Below are positions 26,681 through 44,200 of a DNA stretch of 64,000 nucleotides, piece after piece (the stretch's first letter is position 1; every line of letters starts with the position of its first letter). The translations under genes and the position numbers were made by a program. Location of the stretch: positions 91,760,001-91,824,000 of the forward strand of contig NC_088799.1 in assembly GCF_011386835.1 (NCBI RefSeq), written 5' to 3'. The notes beneath the pieces were generated by a model. It had not been told where the DNA came from. It was given only the letters and a program-made list of their open reading frames with translations, and searched no databases. Source of the stretch: Chrysemys picta bellii (taxonomy: Eukaryota).

Positions 26681-28124
26681 AGCTCCTACACAGGGGAAAT
26701 CAGTGTTCCAGGACCATACTGTACACTGGGCATGTGGGGCAGGGGGAAATGTCAACTTATAATCATTACTGTCCCCATGTTTTCCACAGACTGTGTTTAT
26801 TATGGAAGATATCTTGCCGCTGAGGATGAGCAAGAAATCAAGGGAGGGTCTTTTCCAAGGGCTTCTGCCTTGGCCCTTATGCGGCTCACCTCTATGCAGC
26901 AATGCCCCTCCCCCGCCCCCAGTGACAGCAGAGTGGTGCAGGAAAGTTACCCTTAATAGGGCAAGAAACAAAGCCGCTCTGCCAAAGAACCTGTGGCAGC
27001 GGATTGCCCAGTAGCTCCATGAGAGTTTTGTGGAGATCTCAGAGGCAGATTTCCGTGAAGTGAGGGAGTCAATTAACACCCTGTTCTGCCGCTCACACAA
27101 GGCATGTGGTGGTACGCGCATCATACAGACACAAGCCTGCTTTTTGCAACCCTCCTGCCCCCATCCACGCACTTCACCAATTCCCAAAATCAAAGCCACT
27201 TACCCGGGCCCTCCCCTCCTGTTTGCGCTTTACTAAGCTACAGCAGCTCTGACTGGCTAGCCTTCTCCAGGGTAGAGAAAAGCTCCTGGCTGCATGCATC
27301 TCTGACCTCCTAGTCATCCTCTGCCTCTGGGTCCCGCTCCCTCTCCACATCCTTGTCCAAGATTTCCTCCTCTTGGCTCAGTCCAGTCTTGACTGGCATG
27401 CAAGCCACCGAGTATCAGAGTGGAGGTGGGGTTGCCACCGAGTATCCCATCCAGCTCTTTGTAGAACCAGGAGCTCATGGGCGCAGCCCTGGAGCGGCGG
27501 TTTGCCTCCCATGCCTTGTGGTAGGCGTTCTGCAACTCCTTCACTTTAACCCTGCCGTGTACTGTGACCCCGTCATGGCCCCTTTCTGTCATGCATCATG
27601 AAATCTGTTTGTAGGTATCATAATTTCTATGGCTGCAGTGCAGCTGGGACTGGACAGCCTCCTCTCCCTAAATGCTGATGAGGTCCAGCAGCTGAGTTTT
27701 GCTCCAAGCGGAGGATTGCTTGGTGTGTGGAGCAGGCATGGTCACCTGGAAAGATGCACTGTGACCACTGCTCACGGAGCAAACAGGAAGGGGACTTTCA
27801 AAATTCCCAAGGAAGTTAATGGATGGGGCTCACGGTTGGTCACCTGAGGGCAGGGCAGTTGAGTTCAAACTGATGACCAGAAAGGCGAGGACAGGCAGTG
27901 TGGGACACCTCCCGGAAGCCAATCGCAGCGCTGTAATCGACCAGGGTGTCTACACGGTAGCCCTGGCACAGAAAGCTGTACGCTTCTTGTTGGGGTGGGT
28001 TTTTTTACAGTGCTGCAACTGCACAGTTTCTGCACACTAAGTGGCTTGGCTGTGTGTACACCTAAGGAGTTACACCACAGAAAGCTGCTTTCCTGCGTAG
28101 AAACTTGCTAGTGTAGACAAGGCC
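26680..28124 (-). mobile_element. Decayed PIF/Harbinger transposon with Myb/SANT-like (trihelix) ORF remnant
   Basis: Minus ORF 27314-27592: RVKVKELQNAYHKAWEANRRSRAAPMSSWFYKELDGILGGNPTST. Terminus CTAGTGTAGACAAGGCC followed by TAA at 28125-28127. Left boundary approximate. Confidence 0.75.
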
Positions 28125-28640
28125 TAAGTTTGCCCATCCAAATAATGGCGTGACCGTGCCGAGTTGGAAAGAGCTGATTCCACACACGTCCTGTGCCAGC
28201 AGCAGACGCAGCCCCTGCCCTGAGAAGTTCACAATGGAATGACAACTGTGTAAGGCAAACTTGCTAACAACTGCTAATGTATCCCTTTTATTAATTTCCA
28301 CAAAAAAGCAGTTTTTTGAGGGTGACTTCTGTTATATTTTAAGAAAACCAAAGATTTACTCAAGAAACAAGAGTGCATTGAGGCCTTGTCCCCTCAAAAC
28401 AACATGGAGAGTAATCAGCTTGGGGGTGGTTTGAACGAGCCAGATGGGCTCGGTCTTTGGAGCGGGTTACAGCGGCTGTGTCAGCGTGGGATCCGGCACC
28501 TTAGACGCTGTCTCTTTAACACGGAGCAGGCGCGGGGCGTGAGTGAGCGAGAGACGAGGCTGCAGTGGTCCCGGGGAGGCGCTGGGTGTCGCTGTTCCCG
28601 AGGCCGCCTCCCCATCACCCCTTGCTCCCTAGCCCCACCC

Positions 28641-28689
28641 CCTCCTTTCCTGCGCCGCCATTGTAGTGACTGGCCGGTCGCTCCGCACC
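28641..28689 (+). promoter_or_regulatory. RPL39 5'-TOP pyrimidine tract / 5' UTR within a CpG island
   Basis: CCTCCTTTCCT about 49 nt upstream of the ATG, followed by YY1-like CGCCGCCATTG; typical of ribosomal protein genes. Confidence 0.75.
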
Positions 28690-32987
<4,298 letters not shown>

Positions 32988-33830
32988 AGAGCTGCTCTAA
33001 TGGGAACTCTAATGACATGTCTCTCCTGCGCCAAGACCTGAAATATGCATTGCTACAAAAACCACCACAGACCCATTTTGAAGCATTGAATCTTGTTGTT
33101 CTCCCCTCTCTCCCCCCACACGCCCAAAAACCAAACCAAACTGCAGTCTTGAAAGATGACTTTAATAGACTCTTTGGAATATTATAACTGAAAAATAAAG
33201 ACTCTGTTCAATTAGTGTTCTTTATTTCTGTGCTCAAATATATTGACTTAATTTGTATTGCCAGTTTACAGGTTTGTTAATAAATATGAGCATTATTGAT
33301 CCTTTGAATAAATGATTCTGGCTGAATTTATTACATGCATTGCTTGAGATGGGTGGGTAATGTGGAGAATAAAGACTGAAATTAATGTGTGCATTTATCA
33401 GTGTGTGATAAAAGATCCTGCCATCCCAATCTCTTATCTGTACTGTTTGAAACGAGCAGACAAAACTAGTATCTCCCTTTTGTAGCCTTTTGACATAATT
33501 ATACATTAACAACCAAACTTGGGATCCAATTTAGAAATATGAACTTGCCTTTACTTAAAAGAAAATCTCAATCTCTATCGAGAAAGAGAGGTGGCTGAAC
33601 TAGTCAGGATCACACTCATGTAGAATGTGCAAAGGACTCTACATGAATAAGTAAAATAATCAAACCCTTCTAAAGCAAACTGGAAAATCCCTAGTTCCCA
33701 GGAGGTTCCATCCTGTATTGTCTTGGTGGTTATAAATAGCTGTATTCATCTTATCTATGCCATCTTGCTAATATTTAACAGTCTGCCTAGTCGGTTTGCT
33801 TTATTCTGATACAACCCTTTTGTACACCAA

Positions 33831-33905
33831 GGGCCAGATTTTTCAAAGGTATTTAAGCACCTGTCTGCATCTTCAGATTCCTAAGTATCTTTAAAAATCT
33901 GGCCC
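33831..33905. repeat. Short palindromic interspersed repeat
   Basis: GGGCCAGATTTTTCAAAGGTATTTAAG...CCTAAGTATCTTTAAAAATCTGGCCC. Related palindromes near 9890-9980, 37810-37925 and 54460-55200. Confidence 0.55.
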
Positions 33906-35064
33906 CAAGTCTTTTTGCAGTGACTGGGATGTTGTATATTCTCCAAAATCGCAAGCAGTGTATATTGCGAAAATGAAGCATAGAGCGATCCACATGCATT
34001 GGCCACTTCTTCACATTCAGCTGGTGGTGACAAATTGTTTTTATGTCGCAGATCCAAAAGTGATGCATTACGAAAACCTTGCCCAGTCAATTTTTTATTC
34101 TCAAATAGCCAGATTGAATTTTGGAAATTTGCATTTGGATAGTCACTTTAATCCACACGAGATTTTGAAGGGGTATAAAAAGTCAACAGTGAGATGTTGG
34201 GGATGACTGGAGGTGAAAATCTTTCCAGTTAGGGTTATAAGTGACATTTAAACACTGAAGACTATCTGCTCTTCCTACTTCTGATCAGTTATCAGCACAA
34301 CTGAATGATTAATGCTTCTAGTTGCAACATAATAAAAAAAACTGATAGTTTAAGAAGGGTGGAGGAGGTTTCTCTGTGGAGGTGGGGAGGAATAGCAGTT
34401 GGGAATATAATTGGTTGAGTCATCAGTAATACCTGCACTCTGCAGTAATGACCCTTAACTAGATGATGTTGCAATTACATGGCACCTTGCATGCAAAGAG
34501 GGAAGTTCTACAAAGATCTTTCTAGTGGGGGAACTGGAACAGAGCAAGATGATTTGCTCAAGATCCACACTGAGTACCACTGTCAGTAGGAACTGAGACC
34601 TGTCTTGATCCCCTGCTCTCCACCATGTGGGGTCTGGTATATACATTCTTGGTACCTGGAAATAGCTGTGGTTTTACTTCTGTGCGCTGGTGCGGCTGAG
34701 ACCAAGCGAGCTTGGTGCTGAATGGAGCAGAGGAGTGAGCTGCAATTGCTCTCCCTTCTAAGGGAGTTTAGTTGAAACTCAGTTCCCTGGTGGCAGCACA
34801 CCACATCCTGGGGAAGCTTTAAGCCTTTATCACCATGCCTGCGGGGCCAGCAGAGACGCTATCAATTTTTAAGAAGATAAAGAGGGTGGAGCTGATCTTT
34901 TTACTGGAGTTCATAGTAAGGCAGTGAAGGTGCAGCATGTGCTGAGCTAGGTCACATACTTGCTTACGGCAGCTTGTTGGGCCTTACACAACTACCTCTC
35001 TCTCCAAAGGCATTTTGGGAATCCTAGTTACCAAAAGCAAGTGAGGCTGGTGCAGCATTAACCA

Positions 35065-35243
35065 GGGGAGGGATAGCTCAGTGGTTTGAGCATTGGCCTG
35101 CTAAACCCATGGTTTTGAGTTCAATTCTTGAGGAGGCCATTTAGGAATCTGGGGCAAAAATCTGTCTGGGGATTGGTCCTGCTTTGAGCAGGGGTTGGAT
35201 TAGATGACCTCCTGAGGTCCCTTCTAACCCTGATATTCTATGA
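35065..35243 (+). mobile_element. Full-length tRNA-derived (tortoise PolIII-type) SINE with CR1 3' tail
   Basis: A box GGATAGCTCAGTGG, B box GAGTTCAATTC, tail GATATTCTATGA; same family as 31632-31797. Confidence 0.88.
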
Positions 35244-36317
35244 TCAATTGTGGCTACCACAGTTGCATGCAGCCGGCTGGGGCTTTTTGTGTGGCCGCAG
35301 CCTCCTAGGTAGTGACTGGGGGGGGGGGCAAAGCAGTGTTAACAAATATCGCTTTTCACAGAAACAGATATACTAGCTAGCAAATATTTAATAAAAAAAT
35401 TTTAAAAGCAAAAGAAACAACAAAAAAGAACATGCAAAGAGCATTATTTTGTTTCTATTCTGTTTAGGCCTAGTAATGAATAGAGACAAAACTGTACATT
35501 ATTTTTATTGAGTGCAATAAATGCCTACATAAAAAATTACAATCATTTGGACATGTCTATGTGCATATTTATTTGTTTTTTCTAAAGTTAATTAAAGTTA
35601 TTTTACGAAAAATTGTCAGGGTGGCCACCAGCAAGAGTTGGTGGCTGCACTTTGAGGCCACCAAAAATGTCTAGTGAGACCCGTTGGGCTAGTGTTCTGT
35701 AACAGGCTTAGGACACATCAGTAATATCTGATCTTCCAGCAGCCCTTCCTGGGGATGTGTGATAGTCTAATTTCTGCATCACTGAGGGGAGGATAAGTCT
35801 GCAACAGAAGATGAGCACGAAGCATTAATAAAAATGATTCAAATGCTTCAAATCTAATGAGACCGTGTGCTGCAAGTAGTCTCACTCCAATTTTTTTAAA
35901 AGGAGCTTTCTCATGTTCAGAGGTCCTCCAGGAGCCCTGTGTCTGAAAGCTTTATCCACGGACTCTCTCATAAGTTTTCCTCATGTCTTTTTTTTGGTCT
36001 TTTTTTTTAATCCAAAAGTTTTTGTGAATCTTGAATTTCTTCTCTCTTCACAAGTACAACCACTGAGGAAGAGACCTGCTGTTTGAGGCTGCAGGCGTTT
36101 AGAAGATACAGCATTGAGGAAGGCTGAAAACCAACCCTGTTAGATCCATCAATCCCACCCCTCTCCTTTCTTGTTTGTTTCCTTTCCTTAACCTGGGCAG
36201 GAGTGATCAAAGCAATTATACCTACCAGGATAAGCTGCTGACAAAGTTTCTCCCCATCATGAGGGTCAGGGCTGGGATGAAACCAGTCACTTTACAATCC
36301 TGAGAGTAGAAGTAGAC

Positions 36318-37195
36318 CAGGGGTCTCAAACACGCGGCCCGGGGGCCACATGCGGCCCGCGAGCTCCTCGCGCGCCCCCCCCACCCTCCCCCAGTGTTTA
36401 CCTAGAGTGGCTCCGACCCGATGCGCACTGGGGGCGGGGCAGGGCAGGCTGCCTGCCTGCCCTGCCCTGCCCCGCGCCGCTCCGGGAAGCCGACGGAACC
36501 TGGGGAAGGAGGGGGCGCAGGGGTGTGTGTGGCTGTTGCTCCAGACACCGCCTCCAGCAGCTCCCATTGGCCACGAATGGGGAACCGCGACCAATGGGAG
36601 CTGCTGGGGGCAGTGTCTGAAGCAACAGCCCCACACACCCCTGCGCCCCTCCTTCCCCAGGTTTCATCGGCTTCCAGGAGCGGCGCGGGGGCAGGGCAGG
36701 CAGGGAGCCTGCCCTGCCCCCAGTGCGTGTTGGGCTGGAGCCCACCTCCCAAACCCCTCCTGCAGCTGAACCCCCTGCTGCACCCTGCACCCCTCTTGCA
36801 CCCTGACCCCAGGCTGCACCCCGCACCCCTCCTGCACCCCAACCCCCTGCCCTGAGCCCCCTGCCGCACCCTGCACCCTGATCCCCTGCCGCACCCCTCA
36901 CCCCTCCTGCACCCCACACCCCAACTCCCTGCCCTGAGCCCCTGCCACACTCCTCCTGCACCCCCTGGGAGCAGGGAGGGGGCGGAGTTGGGGTGGGGAT
37001 TTCAGGGAAGGGGTTGGAATGGGGGCAGGGAAGGGGTGGGAAGAGGCAGGGCAGGGGCTGGGCCTCATGGAAGGGGTGGAGTGGGGGCGGCGCCGAGGGC
37101 GGCGGGGGGGGGGGGAGATGTCAGTAAATGCGGCCCTCGGGCCAATGTACTAGTCCTCATGTGGCCCTCGTGGTCATTTGAGTTTGAGACCCCTG
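36318..37195. mobile_element. GC-rich hAT (Charlie-like) MITE
   Basis: Perfect 14-bp TIRs CAGGGGTCTCAAAC / GTTTGAGACCCCTG; TSD AAGTAGAC/AACTAGAC; internal CTGCACCCC arrays. Confidence 0.88.
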
Positions 37196-40162
37196 AACTA
37201 GACAATCCTTTCAGAAGGTATTTGTGGCAATGCTGGTCCAGGCAATAGGTTCAACTGATTCTTTGTTGTACAACTATTATTAGATAATTGTCTAGATAAT
37301 ACTTAGTCCTGCCCTCAGTGCGGGGGACTGGACTGACTGGTCCCTTCCAGTTCTATGATTCTACTACTGTTATTGTGCTATTTTATTCAGACAGTGGCAA
37401 CTTCCAGCAGGGAGCTGCCTTTTCCTTGGGAAAATAACTCCTTATAATTGTTTTGAAAACATTTCCCCGTTGAATCTTCCGTTTGATTCAAACCCTACCT
37501 TAAAGGGACAATGTCCAGACATATTTAGGTCCAAACTGGGGTTTGGTGAAAACAAGCTTGTACAGAATCTTGGCCAACGGGGCTATTTCCATATTTTAAA
37601 TGATTATTATTTCAGTGGCCGCTTGCTTTTTCCTCGTCACTTAGATTGAAAGCTCTTAGGGACAGGGCCTGCCAGGTTATACCAAGCCTAACGCAATGGG
37701 GTTCTGGTCCAGGACTGAGGTTCTTCTGCATTATAGTTCAGTTAAATAAATGTTCCTCGGCCTCCTGGGAACCCAGACTTTGCAAAAATGTGCTAATGCA
37801 CAAGAACCAGGAAATCAGGGCTGAGGTTTTCAAGGATGCTCAAGGAATTTGGATGCCCCAGTCCCACTAATTATAATGGAAACCAGGTGTCCAAGTCCCC
37901 TAGGCAACTTTGGAAATCTTTGCCTAAGTGGAGTAGGAACTGACCAGTCTGTTCTCATTATGTGTGCCGAGTGAAATGCAGAGTAACTTAGACTAGTTGG
38001 GTTTAGTAATCAAAGGTGCTGATGATAAAATAAGTCATTATTTCTATGAACCCTGCAGACCCAACACAACTAGGAGTCAGCTGGATTCTATCTCACATCA
38101 TTGTTTACATAGTCCTGGTCAGTTACATTGGTGCAATCTCACTGAAGTCTACAATTGCCCAGGTGTCACTGAGGGCCTAATTTGGCCTGCAGGATCTTTA
38201 TTACTGGTGATGATGCACAGCAAGGAAAGAAACTAGCTTGAGTCTCAGATCCCCTCTTATATTTCTAGGGCTGGCAGTTAGAAGAGAAACATTGTTCTCC
38301 CTTATAAATGGAGTCTAGAGAAGATGAGCATGGAACTCCAGGAGGCCATTTTACAGTCACTTCTCAAAGCAGAACCACACTATAAATAAATGGTACAGTT
38401 AAAAAAAGATCTGATTCTGTGTGAAACCGAGGCTGGGGCAGCTGTTAGTTTTAGGACATTCTAAGGCAGCCCCAAAACTTAAAACAAGTTGGGCAAAGTT
38501 CCATTTTTCTGATGAATAACATACACTTCAGACAGGTGAGTAGAATAGGATTTACCTTTTTAATACTTACAAATCTGAGCAGTGATACATTAGAAAGGGG
38601 GATTAGGAACCGCACCCTTCTTTGTCTCTCTGGAGTGTCACTTCACCTTGTGCCCTCTGTACCTTTGTTTGTTTGTTGTTCTTATCTATGTACTCTTTCC
38701 ATTTCTTAGAACAATGTGTCACCCGCTCCTCCTTCCTTTAGAATCTGATCTAAGTTCCTTTCCTCTGCATGGAACCCACCTACACTAACTTCCGCCTAAT
38801 CTGGCCCCCTTTCCCTCCCACCCAGAGCTCCGTTTATTAGTTTAAAATCTTCAAACCCCGGTGTAGAGAAGAGTGTTTCTAGCTCCCGTCCTTTCTCCAC
38901 GTTCTGTCCATCCTTTGGGAGTGCCACAGCTACTTAAACAAGCTGTACCTCCGCACTCCACCATTTTCTCTGTGCTCCACCACCGGAGTCAAATTGGGGA
39001 GTTAAGCTTTGATTTGACCCAGCAAATAGCTTCTAGGAAAAGAAATGTGCATGATACTTCTCAGGACATTTCGAAGGCACAAGTAGTTTAGTGGCATTAC
39101 CTGTTTTCTGTATTTTTCCTCCATGTTCTTCCTTAGCAGAGACATGTCATGAAAAGACGATTTTTGTTTTTGGAGTTTCAGCGGCTGCTTATTCCCCACC
39201 TGAAATCCAAGTCCTCTGTGACATCTCAGTGAGTCACCGTGGAATGTGTAATCACACGCTGCTAGCTGTCTGTCCAAGGCCCTCCGAGCACCCTGCAGGC
39301 AACAATCACGCTAATCTTACACCCTCACTGTGAAGTAGGGACGGGGCATTACCCTCATTTGGAAAAGAGGAAACTGAGGCACAGAGTGGTGCCCTGACCA
39401 AAGTCACGTGAAAAGCCTTTTGCATAGCCAGAAATAGACGCCAAGTTCTTCATTCAGTCCTGTGCTTTAACCACAAGACTGCACTTCCTCTGCCACTCCA
39501 TCCTATGACCTGTGCCTTTGGGCAGAGAGACACAGTAAGCAGCAACAGCAGAAGAACTAAAGGTAAACCCGCACCTCTTTCCATCCTGCTGTTCTCAGGG
39601 ACCGCGCTGGAGCAGGCGGGGAAACAATGTAAACAAAGCAGTGGCACCGGCACATCCTGCTGCTCTGCTTATAGCACCATGCCCTGGCCAACTGTGCAAA
39701 CCCTGAGTAAAGGGGCCTGTGCGGGGCACTTGCAGGAGGGCTGGGATTGGCAGGCTGCACTTCTGGGTCTCCATTCATGCTGGAGAGGTTTGGCAGCAGG
39801 AGAAATGTTACGGTAAGAGGCTTCCATTGGACGAGCAGCATAGTTACTGCAGGGCAAATCCTGCCCCCAGCTACGCGTGCACAATTGCTAAAGAGCGGCC
39901 TGCCAGGGGAATGGTGCACAAATAGCTACGGGCAGGATCCAAGCCTGGGCAGGTTTGCAGACGCCCTAGCCAATGGCTCTTGGGTAATCTCAATGCACCA
40001 GCTGCCATTGGTTAGTCCCGGCTCAGCAAGTCTCCTGTACCAACCCTTTGCCACCCCACTGCAGCCCCCTGCTCTCCTTCGCTGCTCCCCAGCCCCAGCC
40101 AAGCTGCTCTTTAAAACTAGTTCACAGGCAACATCAAACTGATTCTTAGCCACAAAGGACAA

Positions 40163-41248
40163 TTAAAGGTCTTGGAAGAATGAAAGTGCCTGTCTGAACA
40201 TGCTCCTGAAGGATGGCAGTCTGGTGAACACCTGGGTCCTCCGTTCAGCACCAGAGCCACCAGCCTCTCTGGACGACATGCAGTTGTTGTTGGTGTTCCA
40301 CACACCAAGCTGGGCCAGTTCTTCCTCTAAAGCCCCTGACAGCTCCTTCAGCTCCCTGGAGGCATCTGTTCTCAGGTACTGCCAGGCTTTGTGGCCGCTG
40401 TGGTCCCGCAGGCTTGTGTTGGCACCGTAGGCTCCCACCAACACCTTGATGACCATCTCGTGTCCCTGCAGGGCAGCCAGATGCAGGGGTGTCAGCCCAC
40501 CGCTGGCTGTGGGAATGTTGACATCTGCACGGTAGCCCTTCTTCTCTGCACAGGTGATCACCTCGATCAGGGCCTCATGGCAGCCATGCTTGGCCAGCCA
40601 GTGGAGGGCAGTGAACCCTGTCACAAAATCTCTCCTGTTCAGCAGGGTGGGATCCATGTCTACCAACCTCACAATGCTCTCAGGGTCCCCCTGGGCCACA
40701 GTCAGCATCCACTCATGCTCGAGGGGGTCTAGGGCTAAGGACAAGTCCTCAGGGCTCTGTTCCAACCTCTGCTCCAGCTCTTGTTGCGTCCCCACAGCAG
40801 GGCTGCTGCTGCTGGCTATCTTCTGAGCAGTTGCAAGCCACATAGCTCCCTCGCCTCCACTGCTCTGCAGCAGAACCTCCTTCAGACCTCTCCGCCGCGC
40901 GCTGCCCCGGCCTATGGAGAGCCTGGCTGTGTCAGAGCTCACATCCCAGTTACCTGAACCTCTACTAACCCTGCCCATGCTCCTGATCAGGTCCCTCTTC
41001 TGTGACTGGCGGAGATTCACGTTCCCCACTGCTGCTGCTGCTGAGGATGATGATAATGCCTGGACTTTGGGGTTGGGCGCCCGGCTGTCAGTAAGTGCCT
41101 CTGCTTGAGACTGGGAGGCCTCTGGCAACACATGTGGCTTAGTGCCCTTTGGTACCTCCAGACTCTCTTCCTTCTGCATCCTAGCCATGATGTCTCCCGC
41201 AGCCTTCACCATCCCCAAGATCTGCTCCTGTGGCTCCCCCAGAGGCAT
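40163..41248 (-). CDS. SOWAHD: Ankyrin-repeat protein sosondowah homolog D, 361 aa ORF (start codon uncertain)
   Basis: RRRGLKEVLLQ, LDPLEHEWMLTVAQGD, ankyrin repeats TGFTALHWLAKHG and GGLTPLHLAALQGHEMVIKVLVGAYGA...RDHSGHKA, C-terminal MFRQALSFFQDL. Syntenic position between RPL39 and SEPTIN6. Confidence 0.92.
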   Translation of the reverse strand: MPLGEPQEQILGMVKAAGDIMARMQKEESLEVPKGTKPHVLPEASQSQAEALTDSRAPNPKVQALSSSSAAAAVGNVNLRQSQKRDLIRSMGRVSRGSGNWDVSSDTARLSIGRGSARRRGLKEVLLQSSGGEGAMWLATAQKIASSSSPAVGTQQELEQRLEQSPEDLSLALDPLEHEWMLTVAQGDPESIVRLVDMDPTLLNRRDFVTGFTALHWLAKHGCHEALIEVITCAEKKGYRADVNIPTASGGLTPLHLAALQGHEMVIKVLVGAYGANTSLRDHSGHKAWQYLRTDASRELKELSGALEEELAQLGVWNTNNNCMSSREAGGSGAERRTQVFTRLPSFRSMFRQALSFFQDL

Positions 41249-43592
41249 CCGTCTCCCTTTAAGGCATGGTCGAGGCTTTCTGTGCTGCTGGGGTGTGGAG
41301 AAGTGGTTCCCTGTCCCGTTGAGACTCTGCCTCCGGTCTCCCCTCCTGAGCTCTCCGGCTGCAGAGCTTCCTGAGTCTGCCTTAGAAATGTCGCAAAGAG
41401 GAACCAGAATTTAGTTTCTGTGCTCGGGGGGAAGGCACTTGTTGTGAAATAAGTTACAGGCAGCAGCAGATTCTGGGCTGCAGGCAACACACCCTTCAGC
41501 TGATCACTGATTTTCAAAGACTTCACTGTCTGCCATTTATTTACCGAGGGACGCTAGAGCAATTTCCTCCCAGCCCCTCCTCTCCAAACTACCTGCTCCC
41601 TGGTTCTTAATATTCAATAACTCCCCAGACGGAGGCTGTGTTTTCCTCTCCTCTCCAGATTTTGGTGGCTTGTATGATAACATAGCTACATTACAACCCA
41701 CTGTCCAGCTGGATCTGCAGATCCGGGACCCGTTTGACTTCCTCCTTCCTACACACAAATCAGTGATAACAGCAGCCAAAAAAAAAAAAAAAAAAAGTTG
41801 CTCAGTCCATTCAAGCTGAAAGCAGGGAGTGACTTTTTCACTGGAACGGCTGCCACTTACCTTTCCAATTGCTCCTGTGCTGGGTGGGGAAATAGAGCTC
41901 CGGGTGGGCAGAATTCCCAACCTGCCTCTCGCTGGGCACCTTGAGGGCTGCTGCCAGCAGCGGGGCCCCTCCTCCTCGGCCCGTGGGCTCTCGCCGCCTC
42001 TCCAGACGCACCAGCCTGCTCCTTGCCGAGTTCCTTTGTGTAGGTTGCCACTGGTAAGCTTTGCTGCATAGTAAAAGCTGTGGCGGGACCTTTGTCCTCC
42101 TTTTCTACGGAGACAGATTAAGCTGCGGCATGTGACTTTTCATTTCTGCTGCAGGCCTGGCATTAACCTTGGCCATTGGGGATGTGAAACCAAATGCACC
42201 CACTTCCCAGAGAACAGAAAAACACGCACTGCAAAGGCACAACTGTGGGCCCCAAAAGAAGGGTTGCAAGTAAAACCAGTTGGGCCAGGCACTTTAAGGG
42301 ATTCACCTCGAGCATAAACAGCCGGATGGTGCAATATCTCTGGAGTTAGCAATGCACAGGAATGAAAGTGAGAGAAACCTGTGTTTGCGTGAGCTCGAGG
42401 TAACTGTAGTCAGAAGGAGCTGGGCTAATCTACAGGCTGAATATTCCTAGGAGGTGCTGAACAGCTGGTAAATGGGGATGTCCTCGTTTTCCATTGAAAG
42501 AGACTCTAAAGATCAGTGCAAGGCACGTACTTCCCCTCTTGTGGAAACTCCCTGTGATGAAGTGTGACGTGCTGTGTGTGTGAGAGAGACACAAAGATTG
42601 TCTGACTGCCACCTGCGGGATGGAATCAGAACTGTTTGACTATGTGTCATAGGCTCTATACTGCTAGCAGCTAATGGAGATTCTCCTAACTCAAGTCCTA
42701 GTGGTTTGTGCTTTTGGAGCAGCAGGACCTGAGTCCTATTCCTTCCGTTGCCTCAAGTTCTGACTGGCCACTCTGTGCAGCAAAGTGACACCCCCAGCTA
42801 TAAACACGCACATGCAAAAAGATCACAGGAAACACAGAGGGCTGCAGCTCCCATTTTAAGTCGCCCAGCAATCCAAAATGTATAATCGCTGGGGGATAGT
42901 TAATTTGCCTCCTTATTAAGCAGACCTTGAATGTGGCCAACAGTGTCCCATTGACAATAACCTCTCATCCTCCCCAAGGGGCTAGAAGTCCAGCAGCCAT
43001 GCAAGCTCCAGAGAGCTGTCACCGCCCCTTTTAATTCCAGATTAACACAGAGCTGGATCTACACCATGAGCAGCGTCAGGTGCCGGCTCTTGACTCAGAG
43101 CCTGCCATACACAATGAGACCAGGCTGTGGCACACTCATGCTGCTCTCAGACAGTCCAGGAATCAGCTGACTTACTCTCCAGTGCCCCAGTGAAATCATG
43201 GCCAAGCCAAATGAATAAGCCCTTTTTGGGTCCCTCCTTCTATTGGCCTTTACTTCTAGTTCTCAAAAACGTCGCAGCTGTAAAGCAGTTGGTAAAGTGC
43301 GCGCTTCCCCACACGTTGCCCCAACACTGTGTCTCGACCCTGATAAGGAGGGACAGCCTGGGATGAGTCCAGCCCTGCACATCTACTGAGACTGCAGACG
43401 GGGGGGCCCCCAATAACGGTACTGGAGGTTTTGTGTTAGAGACACATGTCTGCTGGGAAATGAACCAAACTCACTTCACGGAGGCTGCCAAACAGCCATT
43501 GTAGCTGTTGTTATTAGAACTTACTTGTGCTGTGATAGCGTGTAGGAGCCCATTGGGCTAGGTGCTGTACAAACACAGGCAAAAGGATGGTC

Positions 43593-44190
43593 TGTAACAG
43601 GGCAGTCTGCCCCTTTAAGGGTCAGATGGGCTAGGGAGTAGCCAGCCCTGTTCTGAGGAGGAGCCCAACAGGCAGTTGCTTGGATTCACCCACCCCAGCT
43701 GGACAGCAGCAAGTGACTGGGTCTGATGAGTCCCAGCTAGGGAATATAAATGAAGGCCCCAACTCTGGGTTGGTGCTTGAGCCTGGGAGAGGGCTGGGAG
43801 TTGTCAGAGGCAAAGGAGGAAGAAGACAGCGATGGTGACAACGTGAGTACCAGCAGGCCCTCGGCTAAGGAAAATCCTGCCCATGGAGCTGCTGGAGGCC
43901 AGAGAGGCTTGGCTGGGAACAGGACTACTACTTTGTTATTGGTCCCTGGTTCCTTTTTGGTGCTGGGGAGTAAGCAAGGCTCTGAGGTAAGGGTTACCCA
44001 CACTGAACCAGGGCGATAATCAGATCCACCACTCCTCCAAAGGGCTTTCAATCGGAGAGGGAAAGGCTCCCTCCTAACCTGGCCTGGGTTTGAATCTCTT
44101 AGCTTGACTGTCAGAGGCTCTGTATTTCTCTTTTGGTGGTGGGGAGGAGGGTTTGCAGAGAAACTTGCTCAAGGAGAGAGCGGCACACAG
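43593..44190 (+). mobile_element. Possible solo LTR
   Basis: Begins TGTAACAG and has a TATA-like ATATAAA near 43744; boundaries and TSD not established. Confidence 0.3.
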
Positions 44191-44200
44191 CGGAAGAGCT

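Noticed and set aside
35065-35140. tRNA-like sequence
   Set aside because: It is the head of a SINE continuing into a CR1-type tail, not a functional tRNA gene.
36292-36961. Overlapping ORFs of 114-187 aa
   Set aside because: Inside a TIR/TSD-bounded MITE with simple repeats; no transposase motifs.
43525-43553. ATG-containing mini-exon in phase with the putative SOWAHD upstream exon
   Set aside because: It lies in a common MIR/L2-like repeat; the phase match could be chance.
43723-43750. CTGATGA-GTCCC-AGCTA-GGGA, hammerhead-like
   Set aside because: The required GAAA and NUH elements are missing (it reads ATATAAA); likely chance.
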